From an uncultured Alphaproteobacteria bacterium (GTDB taxonomy: Bacteria > Pseudomonadota > Alphaproteobacteria > Rhizobiales > Rhizobiaceae): a DNA stretch of 64,000 bases. Location: NCBI GenBank assembly GCA_963822365.1, contig CAWGHM010000009.1, forward strand, positions 338,181-402,180, in the 5' to 3' direction. Under the pieces are notes generated by a model. The model was not told the DNA's origin. It ran no database searches and saw only the letters and a list, made by a program, of their open reading frames with translations. Made by a program: the position numbers and the translations under genes. Shown here piece after piece: positions 1 to 10,003 of this stretch (the first letter of the stretch is position 1; every line of letters starts with the position of its first letter).

Positions 1-677
1 GCCGATCATAAAGGTCGAGCGGACGCCCCTGTTGCTCGATAATGCCATCGCGCATGACGACGACATGGTCGGCCATCGTCATCGCCTCGACCTGGTCGTG
101 CGTGACATAGACGGATGTTGCGCCCAGACGGTCGTGCAGCATGCGGATTTCCTTGCGCATATGCACACGCAGCGCCGCATCCAGGTTCGACAAGGGCTCG
201 TCAAACAGGAAGGCCTTGGGATTGCGGATGATCGCCCGGCTCATGGCGACGCGCTGGCGCTGGCCGCCGGATAGCTCGCGCGGATAGCGCCCGAGAAGTT
301 CCGATAGGCCAGTGGTTGCCGCAACCTCCGCTGCCGCCTTTTTCATCTCGGCCTTGCTCGCACCGCGAATGCGCAGGCTGTAGGTCAGGTTCTGCTCGAC
401 GGTCATGTGCGGATAGAGCGCATAGGTCTGGAAGACCATGGCGACATCGCGCTTGCGCGGCGGCACGTTGTTCATGAGATCGCCGGCAATGCGAAGATCG
501 CCGGTCGATGATGCTCTCAAGCCCTGCCAGCGACCGCAGAAGGGTCGACTTGCCGCAGCCGGACGGACCGACAAGCGCGACGAAGCTTCCCTTCTCGATC
601 GCCAGATCGATATTCTTGAGCGCGTGGAAGGCGCCGTAGTATTTGTTGACGCCGGACAGTTCGATCTGAAGGGTCAT
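1..677 (-). pseudogene. sugar ABC transporter ATP-binding protein (MalK/UgpC family); 3' part runs off window; apparent +1 frameshift near 505-512
   Basis: Minus-strand translation from ATG at 677 gives [47 protein letters not shown] (Walker A). The frame breaks after LAGLESI. A second minus frame continues DLRIAGD...[15 protein letters not shown]...[24 protein letters not shown] down to position 1. Start overlaps the upstream permease stop (ATGA at 674-677). Confidence 0.8.
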
Positions 678-1501
678 TTGAGGGCTCCCGAGGTGAGGCC
701 GGAAACGATACGGCGCTGCAGAAGGACAAAGATGGCGAGGATTGGCGTCACATACATCGTCGCGTAGGCCATGATGTTGTTCCATTCATTGGTGTTCGGC
801 CCCATGAAGGAATTGAGCCCGACGCTGGCCGGCTGCAGTTCCACCGCCTGGATGATCGACTTCGAATAGACGAACTCGCCGAAGGCCTGCATGAAGATCA
901 GGATGGCGCTGACCAGAATGCCGTTGCGCGCCAGAGGCAGAACGATGTGCCAGAAGGCCCCGATGCGCGAATTGCCGTCGACCAGCGCCGCCTCCTCGAG
1001 TTCCTGCGGCACGCTCATGAAGGTGGCACGAACGAGAACAACGAAGAACGGCATGCTTTTCGCGGCGATTGCGAGGATCACCGCAAAGCGCGGGCTGGCG
1101 AGCAGACCGATCTGCGAGAAGCCGACGAAGATCGGCGTGATCATCAGCGAGGCCGGAAGGACCTGCAGCATCAGGATCAGGAACAGGCCGATATCGACCC
1201 AGACATTGCGATACCGCGCCAGAACATAGGCGCAGCCGACGCCGAGCACGCAGATCAGCGAGACGGCACCAAGGGCAATGACCAGCGAGTTTCCGAGATA
1301 TCGGCCCATGTTGCGGCTCTGCCAGACATCGCCGTAAATATGCCACTGCGGATCGCTTGGCCAGAACTGCGGCGGTGTGGCAAACATCGCCGAGCCGGTC
1401 TTCAGCGCGGTGATGTACATCCAGTAGAGCGGAAACAGGTAGATGGCGGCCAGAAATATGGCGATGGCCAGCATCAGGCGGTTGCGCATCATGTCGCTCA
1501 T
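674..1501 (-). CDS. carbohydrate ABC transporter permease (MalG/AraQ-like)
   Basis: 275-aa intact ORF, multi-TM, typical CUT1 inner-membrane component. Stop overlaps the ATPase start. Confidence 0.9.
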   Translation of the reverse strand: MSDMMRNRLMLAIAIFLAAIYLFPLYWMYITALKTGSAMFATPPQFWPSDPQWHIYGDVWQSRNMGRYLGNSLVIALGAVSLICVLGVGCAYVLARYRNVWVDIGLFLILMLQVLPASLMITPIFVGFSQIGLLASPRFAVILAIAAKSMPFFVVLVRATFMSVPQELEEAALVDGNSRIGAFWHIVLPLARNGILVSAILIFMQAFGEFVYSKSIIQAVELQPASVGLNSFMGPNTNEWNNIMAYATMYVTPILAIFVLLQRRIVSGLTSGALK

Positions 1502-2400
1502 CCCCGCACCTCATGACGTGTGGAACGCACGTAGACGACCGACGCAAACATCACGAAGACGATCATGATGACGGAAATCGTCGCGCCCTTGGCGAAATCA
1601 TACTGCCGGAAGGACAGGTCCCAGGCCCAGTATTGCGTGACATTGGACGAATTGTTCGGCCCACCGGAGGTGATGGCCGCGAACAGATCGAATTGCTGCA
1701 GCGTGAAGATCAACCCCAGCGAAATGATCGCGCCGATGCTCGAGCGCATCATCGGCAGGGTAATCGTCCAGAAACGCTGGAAGGCATTGGCGCCGTCAAG
1801 TTCGGCCGCCTCATAGAGGTCCTTGGGGATCGCAGACAGACCGACGGACAAAAGGATCATGTTGAAGGCCATGCCGAGCCAGATATTGGCAAGAATAACG
1901 GCCCAGAGCGAAAAGTCCGGGTCCGACCGCCAGAAGATGTTTCCGTCGATGATGCCGCTTTCGCGCAATAGGAAATTCAGGACGCCGAAATCGCCTGATA
2001 GAATCCAGTTCCAGATCGCACCGACGACGAGGCCGGGCATCACCCAGGACACGAGAAAGAGGCCGCGAAGCCAGGAAGCACCCGGAAAATTCGTCCAGAA
2101 GAACAGCGCCAGTCCGAAGCCGAGCAGGAATTGTCCGGCGATCGAGGCGACGACGAAGATGCCGGTATTGTAGAGGATCGGCAGTGTTTCCGGCTGGGCA
2201 AACAGGTCCCGATAGTTCTTCAGGCCGACGAAGGGCCGCCAGAAAGTCCCCAGGCTGAACATGTCAACTTCCTGAAAGCTCATCAGGACATTGTAGAGGA
2301 GCGGCAGGCCGGACATCAGAAAGAGATAGCCGAGAGGAAAGGCAACGAGCAGGATGTCGAAGCCTTTGCCATCGGTGATGCTGGAGAGGAGCCTCTTCAT
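1498..2400 (-). CDS. carbohydrate ABC transporter permease (MalF/AraP-like)
   Basis: ORF 1498..2598, but the permease-like sequence begins at MKRLLSSITDGKGFDILLVAFPLGYLF (ATG at 2400). The upstream 66 aa are low-complexity read-through. ATGA overlap with the next permease. Confidence 0.8.
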   Translation of the reverse strand: MKRLLSSITDGKGFDILLVAFPLGYLFLMSGLPLLYNVLMSFQEVDMFSLGTFWRPFVGLKNYRDLFAQPETLPILYNTGIFVVASIAGQFLLGFGLALFFWTNFPGASWLRGLFLVSWVMPGLVVGAIWNWILSGDFGVLNFLLRESGIIDGNIFWRSDPDFSLWAVILANIWLGMAFNMILLSVGLSAIPKDLYEAAELDGANAFQRFWTITLPMMRSSIGAIISLGLIFTLQQFDLFAAITSGGPNNSSNVTQYWAWDLSFRQYDFAKGATISVIMIVFVMFASVVYVRSTRHEVRG

Positions 2401-2501
2401 GGGGCCTCCGATGCTCCGAACGGGGCTGCCTCGTGCATTCGCGCGGGAGGCAACCCCTTCCGGGAGGAAAAGTTGGATGGCATGGGCCATCGGTGAAACC
2501 T

Positions 2502-2636
2502 CTTCTCCCCAGCGGGGAGAAGTGCCGAGCAAGCGAGGCGATGAGGGGCTCCGGCAACGCCGGAGCAGGAAATGTGGCCCCTGCGGTATCCCTCTCATCC
2601 GGCCCTGCGGGCGACCTTCTCCCCGCCGGGGAGAAG
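2502..2636. repeat. REP/RIME-like intergenic element: two near-identical 21-bp perfect palindromes (CTTCTCCCC-NNN-GGGGAGAAG at 2502-2522 and 2616-2636) flanking a third palindrome (GGCTCCGGC AAC GCCGGAGC, 2547-2566)
   Basis: Read directly in the 270-bp SBP-permease intergenic spacer. Resembles stem-loop elements found between malE-type SBP and permease genes. Confidence 0.6.
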
Positions 2637-2671
2637 ACGGAGACAGCCGTCCCCTTCACCGCAACCGAAGC

Positions 2672-3949
2672 TTAGCCGAGCACAGCCTTGATCTTCTCGG
2701 CAGCCTGGTCCAGCGCGTCCTTGGAGCTCATCTGGCCAGTCAGGGCACCCTGGATTGCGTCCTGGATCGCCTTGGAGATCTTTGGCCATTCCGGATGCGG
2801 TCCGCGCGGCTTGGCATATTTCAGCTGCTCGGTGAAGACCTTGAGGGCTTCATCCTTGAGCGGCTTTCCGGTTGCCGGAATGGCGATATCCGAGCGGGCC
2901 GGCAATTGTCCGAAGTCCGCGAACATCCTGCCATCCTGCGAGGCGAAATATTCGAGCACCTTGAACGCTTCCGCCGGATGCTGCGTATTGGAGAAGATCG
3001 CCCAGTTGAAATCGCCCATGGCCGATGAACGCTCGGCGCCGGCTTCAGGAACCGGCAGCAATGCGACACCCCAGTCGAACTTTGCCTCCGTCAGCATCCG
3101 GTCCAGTTCCCACGGACCGGAAATCGCCATGGCGGCATTGCCGGAATTGAAGGTGCCGGTCGAATCCCACTGGCCGCGGGTCAGGCTGTCCTGGGAGGCC
3201 AGTTTCTCCTCGATGATCGTCTTCCAGACGTCCAGCGCCTTGATCGACCCCTCCGAATTGATGTTTTCATAGCCGCCGCCCGCCATCTGGGCCCAGGGAA
3301 GGAACTGGAACGTGCCTTCTTCACTGGCTTTGGCGGAGAAAGCGAGACCATAGACGTTTGCGGCAGGGTCCGTCAGCTTGCGCGCCGCGTCGACCAGTTC
3401 GTCCCAGGTCTGCGGCGGCTTGTTCGGATCAAGCCCCTTCGCCTTGAACATGTCCTTGTTGTAGTAGAGGGCGATCGTGTTCGTTGCCTTCGGCACGCCG
3501 AAACTCTTGCCGTCCCACATGGTCGATGCCAGCGGCCCCGGGAAATAGTTGGCGGTCTTGATATCGCTGGACTTGGCGATCATGTCCGTCAGGTCGAGAA
3601 ACGCACCACGCGACGCGAACAATGCATGCTCGGGATTGTCGACGGCGATGATGTCAGGCGCCTGTCCGGTCGAATAGGCGCGCATCGCTTCGCTGACAAC
3701 ATCGTCAAACTGGATCTGGCGATACTCGACCTTGATGCCGGTGTTGAGCTTGTTGAAATCCGCCACCAGATTTGGCGCCGGCTGGATATCGCGGTCGAGC
3801 GACCAGACGCTGATCGTCACATCCTCTGCCTTGGCCGAAACGGCAAAGACTGACACGCTTGCAAGGGCGAATGCCCCCATGATTACGAGATTTCCGGATA
3901 CCCATTTTTTCCTCCTGTTGGTTATCCCTGAAATGCCGGCATCCTCCAT
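2672..3949 (-). CDS. carbohydrate ABC transporter substrate-binding protein (family 1 extracellular solute-binding protein)
   Basis: 425-aa ORF with a signal-peptide-like N-terminus ([33 protein letters not shown]) and SBP-like body. Start uncertain: a perfect SD AGGAGGA + 5 nt + ATG sits out of frame at 3905. Confidence 0.8.
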   Translation of the reverse strand: MEDAGISGITNRRKKWVSGNLVIMGAFALASVSVFAVSAKAEDVTISVWSLDRDIQPAPNLVADFNKLNTGIKVEYRQIQFDDVVSEAMRAYSTGQAPDIIAVDNPEHALFASRGAFLDLTDMIAKSSDIKTANYFPGPLASTMWDGKSFGVPKATNTIALYYNKDMFKAKGLDPNKPPQTWDELVDAARKLTDPAANVYGLAFSAKASEEGTFQFLPWAQMAGGGYENINSEGSIKALDVWKTIIEEKLASQDSLTRGQWDSTGTFNSGNAAMAISGPWELDRMLTEAKFDWGVALLPVPEAGAERSSAMGDFNWAIFSNTQHPAEAFKVLEYFASQDGRMFADFGQLPARSDIAIPATGKPLKDEALKVFTEQLKYAKPRGPHPEWPKISKAIQDAIQGALTGQMSSKDALDQAAEKIKAVLG

Positions 3950-3968
3950 GCCGGCACGGCATGCACGC

Positions 3969-4874
3969 TCAGGCCGGATCGACGACGAAATCGCCGCCCC
4001 GGCATGTCTTCAGATAATTCAGCCCGTGAACCTGGCCGGTCATTTCCAGCGCATCGCGATAGACCGGATCGTGCCAGCCCTCGATATCGATCGATCCGGA
4101 CCAGCCGGCCAGCCGCAATTCGGAAATCACATCCGTCCAGTTGGTATCGCCGAAGCCGGGCGTGCGCATGAAGACGAATTTTTCCTTGCCGAAAATGCCG
4201 TGCTCGCGGATCACGTCCCAGCGGATCGTGGCGTCCTTGCCATGCACATGGAAAATCTTCGGTGCCCATTTGCGGATCTGCGGCAGCGGATCGATGAGAT
4301 AGACCATCTGATGGCAGGGCTCCCATTCGAGCCCGATATTGTCATCCGGCGTCTCGTTGAACATCAGCTCCCAGGCATCCGGGTTGTGCGCGATGTTCCA
4401 GTCGCCGCTGGCCCAGTTGCCATCCATCGCGCAGTTCTCGAAGGCGATCTTGACGCCCTTATCGGCAGCGCGCTTGGCAAGATCGCTCCAGATCTCCTTG
4501 TAACGCGGCAGGCTATCGGTAAGCGGCTTATTACGAATGCGGCCGGTGAAGCCGGCAACACAGGTCGCGCCGAAATGATGTGCATTGTCGATGCAGTCTT
4601 TCCAGCCCTGCAGCGTGTCGAGATCGATATCGGTCGTTTCCAGCGGATTGCCGAACATGCCGAGCGTCGAGATGGTGATATCCCGGTCGCCGATCGCCTC
4701 GATGCAGCGTTTGCCGAGTTCGGCCAGATCCTGACCGTTGGTCGTCTGCCAGAAGAAGGGCTCGAAACTTTCGAACCCCATATCGGCGATCTGCCCGATG
4801 CGGGTAGCGGCCTGGCCCGCAGATGCGCTGACCATGGTGCCGATGCGGATGGATTTTGCCGGATTGCTCATCAA
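3969..4874 (-). CDS. sugar phosphate isomerase/epimerase (xylose isomerase-like TIM barrel)
   Basis: 301-aa intact ORF. AP-endonuclease/xylose-isomerase-like fold motifs (KIAFEN, HVHGKD). Confidence 0.8.
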   Translation of the reverse strand: MMSNPAKSIRIGTMVSASAGQAATRIGQIADMGFESFEPFFWQTTNGQDLAELGKRCIEAIGDRDITISTLGMFGNPLETTDIDLDTLQGWKDCIDNAHHFGATCVAGFTGRIRNKPLTDSLPRYKEIWSDLAKRAADKGVKIAFENCAMDGNWASGDWNIAHNPDAWELMFNETPDDNIGLEWEPCHQMVYLIDPLPQIRKWAPKIFHVHGKDATIRWDVIREHGIFGKEKFVFMRTPGFGDTNWTDVISELRLAGWSGSIDIEGWHDPVYRDALEMTGQVHGLNYLKTCRGGDFVVDPA

Positions 4875-4946
4875 ACTGTCCTGTCTTGAATGGTCACGCG
4901 TTGCTGGCTGCGGGCGCTCTTGATCGCCGCAAAAACCATGGCAAGG

Positions 4947-5930
4947 CTATGAATATTGTCGCTGCTGGCCGTTTCCGGCTCGGATCCATCGCGGATAGCG
5001 GTCGATGAAATCCAAGATGACGCTGGCATGGCCGTGCGTCTGCGCGTCATCGGCCAGTGGCGGTACATCGACGGGCTCCAGGTCGCGCAGGAAGCCGTCC
5101 GTGCCGATGACGCGATGTGCCTGGAATGTGTCCGCACCGTCCCAGAGGAGGGTGCCTTTCGTGCCGATGATGCGCCACTGGCTTTCCCAGCTGGTATTGG
5201 CGCCCTCGGCACACCACGAGCCGCGATAGGTGAAGGTCACGTCGTCGGAGAATTCGAAGATCGCATTGGCAGCCGCATCGCGACCATACCACGATCCCTT
5301 CGGGTTGCTTTCCTGGCAATAGACGGCAAGCGGCGTCTTGTTGGCGACGAAACGCGCAGCATCGAACGTGTGGATTGCCATATCGAGCAGAAGAACATTG
5401 TCCATCGCCTCGCGGAAACCGCCGAAATGCGCACCGATGAAGAAGTCGCAGTGAATGCCCGTCAATTCGCCAATGGCGCCGCTTTCAAGAAAGGCCCGCA
5501 TGCGGCGGACACCGGAAATGAAGCGCCTGTTCTGCACCACGGCATGAATGCGGCCGGCCTTCTCGGCGCGAGCAACAAGATCACGGCCCTCCTCCAGCGT
5601 GACCGCCATCGGCTTTTCACTCAAGACATGGCAACCCAGACGCAGACCGGTCGAGACGACGCTGTGGCGGGCAGTCGGGATGACGACATCGAAAACAATA
5701 TCGGCACTGGTCTTTTCAAGCACGGCTTCGAGGTCGGAACCGATCACGACATCTTTCAACTGGAAGGCTTCGGCAAGATCTGTCGCCGCCTGCGGATTGA
5801 CATCCACAAGCCCGGCAATGCGCACGGCCGATTGTAACCCTGGGGTTTCCGCGATCGCCTTCAGCCATCCTTTGGCCATAGCTCCGCACCCGCATAAAAC
5901 AGCGTTTAAAATGGGATTCTCCTCCTGCAA
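4947..5930 (-). CDS. Gfo/Idh/MocA family NAD(P)-dependent oxidoreductase
   Basis: 327-aa intact ORF. N-terminal Rossmann motif LNAVLCGCGAMAKGWL. Typical partner of sugar isomerases in inositol/sugar catabolic loci. Confidence 0.85.
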   Translation of the reverse strand: MQEENPILNAVLCGCGAMAKGWLKAIAETPGLQSAVRIAGLVDVNPQAATDLAEAFQLKDVVIGSDLEAVLEKTSADIVFDVVIPTARHSVVSTGLRLGCHVLSEKPMAVTLEEGRDLVARAEKAGRIHAVVQNRRFISGVRRMRAFLESGAIGELTGIHCDFFIGAHFGGFREAMDNVLLLDMAIHTFDAARFVANKTPLAVYCQESNPKGSWYGRDAAANAIFEFSDDVTFTYRGSWCAEGANTSWESQWRIIGTKGTLLWDGADTFQAHRVIGTDGFLRDLEPVDVPPLADDAQTHGHASVILDFIDRYPRWIRAGNGQQRQYS

Positions 5931-6052
5931 AGCTTACGGATTTCACTCCTACCCGATTTCCGTAAACGTTTACGGTACTATGCGGCATTTTCGAAACGTG
6001 TCAATAGAAATTAGAACCACGCACTGTTTGGGGATGGGAGAGAGACCGAAGC

Positions 6053-7090
6053 ATGAAGGGAATTCGCCGGCTTGCGCAGCATCTCGATATCTCGATCGGA
6101 ACCGTTTCGCGCGCGCTGAATGGCCGCCCGGATGTCAATGAAGAAACCCGCAAACGGGTGCTGGAGGCGGCTGTCGAACTTGGCTACGTCCCCAATCAAT
6201 CCGGCCGCAGCCTGCGCCAGGGAACGACCAACACCATCGGCCTGATGATGGAATCGAGCGCCCAAACCGTTGAAAACAGCGATAACTTTTTCATGGGCGT
6301 CGTGGATGGCGCGCAAGGTGTCTTCGCCCGTCACAAGCTCGACCTCATTCTGCTGCCGTGTTCGACCGATGAGGATCCGAACGCCTATCTGCAACGCATC
6401 GTCGCCCGCCGCCTCGTCGATGCCATGATCATTTCCGCGACCCGGAAAATCGACAAACGCATTGACCTGCTCGAAAAGGCGAAAATTCCGTTCATCGCGC
6501 TGGGACGCAGCGAATCCGGGCACAATCCGCCCTGGCTCGATCTGGATTTCGAGGGCGTGGCCAGCCGGGCGATCGACAGGCTGGTCGCTCGCGGCCATCG
6601 GCGCATCGCGATTGCGGTCCCGCACAACGAGGCCAATCTCGGCTATATCTTCCTCGACGGATACAAACAGGCCCTGGCACGACATGGCCTGGCCTTCGAT
6701 CCGGACCTGGTCATCCGCACCAGTTCGAGCGAACAGGGCGGCTATTTCGCGGCGGACGAACTTTTGCGCTCCGGCAAGCAGCCGACGGCAATCCTCCTGA
6801 TCTACGAGGTCATGGCGATCGGGCTTTACCGTCGATTGGCGGAAGCCGGCATACATGCCGGCCGGGACTTTGCGGTGATCGGCTTTCGCGAAAGCCCGCA
6901 GTCGCGCTTTCTGTCGCCACCTTTGACCTGCTTCCGGCTGTCGCTGCGCGACCTCGGCATTGCGTTGGCGGAATCGCTGCTCGCCTCCATGCCCAGCTTC
7001 AAGCACCACTATCCACAGACGCCGGCCCACAGGATCTGGCCGATGGAACTTGTCGAGGGTGAAAGTGATGCCTTCGAGCTACCGGCCTGA
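6053..7090 (+). CDS. LacI family transcriptional regulator
   Basis: N-terminal HTH (IRRLAQHLDISIGTVSRALNG) plus periplasmic-binding-protein-like sugar-binding domain. Divergent from the oxidoreductase gene. Confidence 0.9.
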   Translation: MKGIRRLAQHLDISIGTVSRALNGRPDVNEETRKRVLEAAVELGYVPNQSGRSLRQGTTNTIGLMMESSAQTVENSDNFFMGVVDGAQGVFARHKLDLILLPCSTDEDPNAYLQRIVARRLVDAMIISATRKIDKRIDLLEKAKIPFIALGRSESGHNPPWLDLDFEGVASRAIDRLVARGHRRIAIAVPHNEANLGYIFLDGYKQALARHGLAFDPDLVIRTSSSEQGGYFAADELLRSGKQPTAILLIYEVMAIGLYRRLAEAGIHAGRDFAVIGFRESPQSRFLSPPLTCFRLSLRDLGIALAESLLASMPSFKHHYPQTPAHRIWPMELVEGESDAFELPA

Positions 7091-7160
7091 AATCAGGCTT
7101 GATATCCGCCCCGACCGATGAAACTCTCGCAATCAGTTTGCAACGCAGCGAGACGTAAAC

Positions 7161-8492
7161 ATGCCGGGTCCACCTCTTGATGTAGCTGAAACAGACCGCA
7201 GTCTGCCGACCAAGGCGGATGTCGTCATTATCGGTGGCGGCATCATCGGTGTCAGCACGGCCCTCTTCCTGGCGGAGCGCGGCGTCGATGTGGTGTTGTG
7301 CGAAAAAGGCGTGCTCGGCGGCGAACAGTCCAGCCGCAACTGGGGCTGGGTCCGCGTCATGGGCCGTGACCGACGCGAAATCCCGCTGGCAATGGAATCC
7401 CTGAAAATCTGGGATGGGCTCGATGCCCGCGTCGGCGGCGAGACCGGCTTTCGCCGTTCCGGCATTCTTTATCTTGCGCAGACTGACAAGGAAATCGCCA
7501 ACCAGGAAAAATGGCTGGTACACGCAAGGGCCAACGGCCTCGACAGCCGTGCGATCGGCAGCGACGAAACGCACGCCCTGATGCCGGGTGCCGTCACCCG
7601 CTACAAGGGTGCGATGTATACCGCGAGCGATGCCCGTGCCGAGCCGCAGAAAGCGGTTCCGGCGATTGCAGGCGGTGCGCGTCGGGCCGGTGCGAGACTG
7701 GTCATCGGCTGTGCCGTGCGCGGCATCGAAAGAAGCGCCGGGCGGGTTTCTGCAGTGATTACCGAAAAGGGACGCATCGAGACGTCCGCTGTCGTTCTGG
7801 CTGGCGGTGCCTGGTCGCGGCTCTTCTGCAAGGGGCTGGGGCTGCGTCTGCCGCAACTCAAGGTGCGCAACTCCGTCCTGCGAACCAGCCCGGTCAGCGG
7901 CGGACCGGATGGCGCCGCGGCGGACTGGACCTACGCCTATCGCAAGCGCCTGGATGGTGGTTACACGATTGCCCACAGCGCCGAGAACCTGCACGCGCTC
8001 GTGCCGGACAGCCTGGCATTCTATCGAGAGTTCCAGCCGGCCCGCAAGGCAGAGGCAGACAGCGTGCAAGTGGGGTTCAGCGCCCGCAGCTGGCAGGAAC
8101 TGTGGGAGATCGTATCGCCGCCGCTGGACCGGCCGGGCGCATTCGAGAAGCACCGCATTCTCGACCCCAGGCCCGACGAGCGCTCTGCCCTTTCGGCCCT
8201 CAAGGCCGCCATGGACGCAATCCCTGCCTTGAAGGGCGCCAGGCCGCTGCAGATCTGGGGCGGGCTGATCGACGTTACGCCCGACGCCGTGCCGGTCATC
8301 TCGTGCATCGACGCTGTCCCCGGCCTGACGATCGCCACCGGGTTCTCCGGTCATGGGTTCGGCATTGGTCCGGGTGCCGGGCATCTGACCGCCGATCTGG
8401 TGATGGGCCGCACGCCGATCGTAGACCCGCAACCGTTCCGCTTCTCGCGTTTTTCGGATGGCTCACCGATCGAGATCGCACCCTCCGTCTGA
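7161..8492 (+). CDS. FAD-dependent oxidoreductase (DAO/DadA/PuuB-like)
   Basis: 443-aa intact ORF. GXGXXG FAD motif VVIIGGGIIGVSTALFLAERG. Confidence 0.8.
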   Translation: MPGPPLDVAETDRSLPTKADVVIIGGGIIGVSTALFLAERGVDVVLCEKGVLGGEQSSRNWGWVRVMGRDRREIPLAMESLKIWDGLDARVGGETGFRRSGILYLAQTDKEIANQEKWLVHARANGLDSRAIGSDETHALMPGAVTRYKGAMYTASDARAEPQKAVPAIAGGARRAGARLVIGCAVRGIERSAGRVSAVITEKGRIETSAVVLAGGAWSRLFCKGLGLRLPQLKVRNSVLRTSPVSGGPDGAAADWTYAYRKRLDGGYTIAHSAENLHALVPDSLAFYREFQPARKAEADSVQVGFSARSWQELWEIVSPPLDRPGAFEKHRILDPRPDERSALSALKAAMDAIPALKGARPLQIWGGLIDVTPDAVPVISCIDAVPGLTIATGFSGHGFGIGPGAGHLTADLVMGRTPIVDPQPFRFSRFSDGSPIEIAPSV

Positions 8493-8502
8493 AAGAGCGG
8501 GC

Positions 8503-9498
8503 TTACCAATTCAGGGCAGCAGTGGCAACGGGCGCATCCCACAGGGTCGTCAATGCGTCGTCGAGCAGCGTCACCGTAATCGACATGCCGGCCATGTCGA
8601 GCGATGTCGCATAGGTGCCGACAAGCCTGCGGGAAATAACGAGGCCACGCTCTTCGAAAAAGCGCCGGGCAAGGCCAAACATGACGTAGAGCTCGGAGGG
8701 CGGTGTTCCGCCAAGGCCATTGACGAAGAGCAGGATGCGCTGCCCTGCGGCCGGCGCCAGATCGGCGAGTATCTGGTTGCAGACCATCGCAGCAATGGCG
8801 GATGCATCGGCAATCTTCTGGCGCGAGCGACCTGGCTCGCCATGGATGCCGACACCAATCTCCATCTCATCCTCGCCAAGCGCGAAGGTCTCCCGCGTTA
8901 TCTGCGGCACCGTCGCGCCCCGCAAGGCAACCCCCATGGTCCTGGTCGCGGCAATGGCTGCTTCACCGACTTTCGCCAGCGCTGCGAGATTGGCGCCAGC
9001 CTCGGCCGCAGCACCGACAAGCTTCTCGACAATGAGCGTACCCGCAACGCCGCGACGTCCGGTACCGCGCAGGGTCCGCTCGATGGCGATGTCGTCATTG
9101 ACGATCAATGTTTCGATCCGGTGTGAACCCGCCGCCACGGCCATCTCGGCCGCCATTTCGAAATTCATCAGGTCGCCATCATAATTCTTGACGATCAGCA
9201 GCACGCCCGCGCCATTGTCCGCCTCCTGGATGGCACTGAGGATCTGATCCGGCGTCGGTGACGTGAAGACATGCCCCGTACAGGCGGCATCCAGCATGCC
9301 CTTGCCGATAAAGCCGATATGCATCGGCTCGTGACCGGCTCCACCACCGGCGATGACGGCGACTTTTCCCGGCGTGAAGACCCGGCGACGAACATGGTTT
9401 CGTCCCTCTCCGAACGAAACGAGATCATCATGCGCAGCAACGAACCCCTCCAGGCTGTCGTTGGCCAGCGATGCCGCATCGTTCATGAATTTCTTCAT
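8503..9498 (-). CDS. dhaK: dihydroxyacetone kinase subunit DhaK (PTS-dependent type)
   Basis: 331-aa intact ORF. Conserved DhaK motifs (GGGAGHEPMH, LLIVKNYDGD). Confidence 0.9.
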   Translation of the reverse strand: MKKFMNDAASLANDSLEGFVAAHDDLVSFGEGRNHVRRRVFTPGKVAVIAGGGAGHEPMHIGFIGKGMLDAACTGHVFTSPTPDQILSAIQEADNGAGVLLIVKNYDGDLMNFEMAAEMAVAAGSHRIETLIVNDDIAIERTLRGTGRRGVAGTLIVEKLVGAAAEAGANLAALAKVGEAAIAATRTMGVALRGATVPQITRETFALGEDEMEIGVGIHGEPGRSRQKIADASAIAAMVCNQILADLAPAAGQRILLFVNGLGGTPPSELYVMFGLARRFFEERGLVISRRLVGTYATSLDMAGMSITVTLLDDALTTLWDAPVATAALNW

Positions 9499-9591
9499 CG
9501 ATCTCCCCCGGAGACGATCCTATCCAGCCAAGCGAAATTTGCCAGCCCGGCCCCGGATTTGGCCCCTCCGAAAACCACGGCAGCCCGCATT

Positions 9592-10002
9592 CTAATCCGC
9601 CTCGCGCGAAAGGGAGACGATTTTCTGGATGAAATCCTGGATGGCCTCGTCGAGCATCTGGTTCTTCTTGTCGTCTCCGAAATCGGCGACCATCAACGTC
9701 AACTGCCGCAATCCGGCGGCATGGCCGAGATCGGGCAATTTGCCGGGATGGGCGAGTTGGTAGGCATCGAGAAAACGATCCTGCTCGCCCTTGCTGACGT
9801 GGCAGACCTGGAAGATCGTCGCAAGGTGTCTGGCTGGCAGCGGCGTCGCATAGCCAGGGCTGGTGATCTGGGTGACAAAGCTGCGATGTTTGCCAAGCGC
9901 CGCGGCCAGCCGTTGGCGCGTTCCCGACGGACGGTTGTCGATGATGGCCGCAAGGATTGCCTTATAGGCGGTGATCGCATCCTCGTTTGCGTCGCGCGCC
10001 AT
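9592..10002 (-). CDS. hypothetical small protein with putative HTH, embedded in the dha operon
   Basis: 136-aa ORF, co-directional and tightly packed between dhaK and the EI gene. Segment RQRLAAALGKHRSFVTQI resembles an XRE-type HTH. Confidence 0.45.
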   Translation of the reverse strand: MARDANEDAITAYKAILAAIIDNRPSGTRQRLAAALGKHRSFVTQITSPGYATPLPARHLATIFQVCHVSKGEQDRFLDAYQLAHPGKLPDLGHAAGLRQLTLMVADFGDDKKNQMLDEAIQDFIQKIVSLSREAD

Positions 10003-10003
10003 G

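Noticed and set aside
3732-4889. 385-aa plus-strand ORF
   Set aside because: Antisense shadow of the sugar-phosphate isomerase gene. Arg/Ala-rich composition typical of high-GC antisense frames, no recognisable domain.
6011-7030. 339-aa minus-strand ORF
   Set aside because: Lies entirely antisense to the LacI regulator gene. Low-complexity Arg-rich sequence.
6999-8432. 477-aa minus-strand ORF, and the 367-aa plus-strand ORF 7511..8614
   Set aside because: Both overlap the FAD-dependent oxidoreductase gene in alternative frames. Extremely Arg/Gly/Pro-rich. High-GC artefacts.
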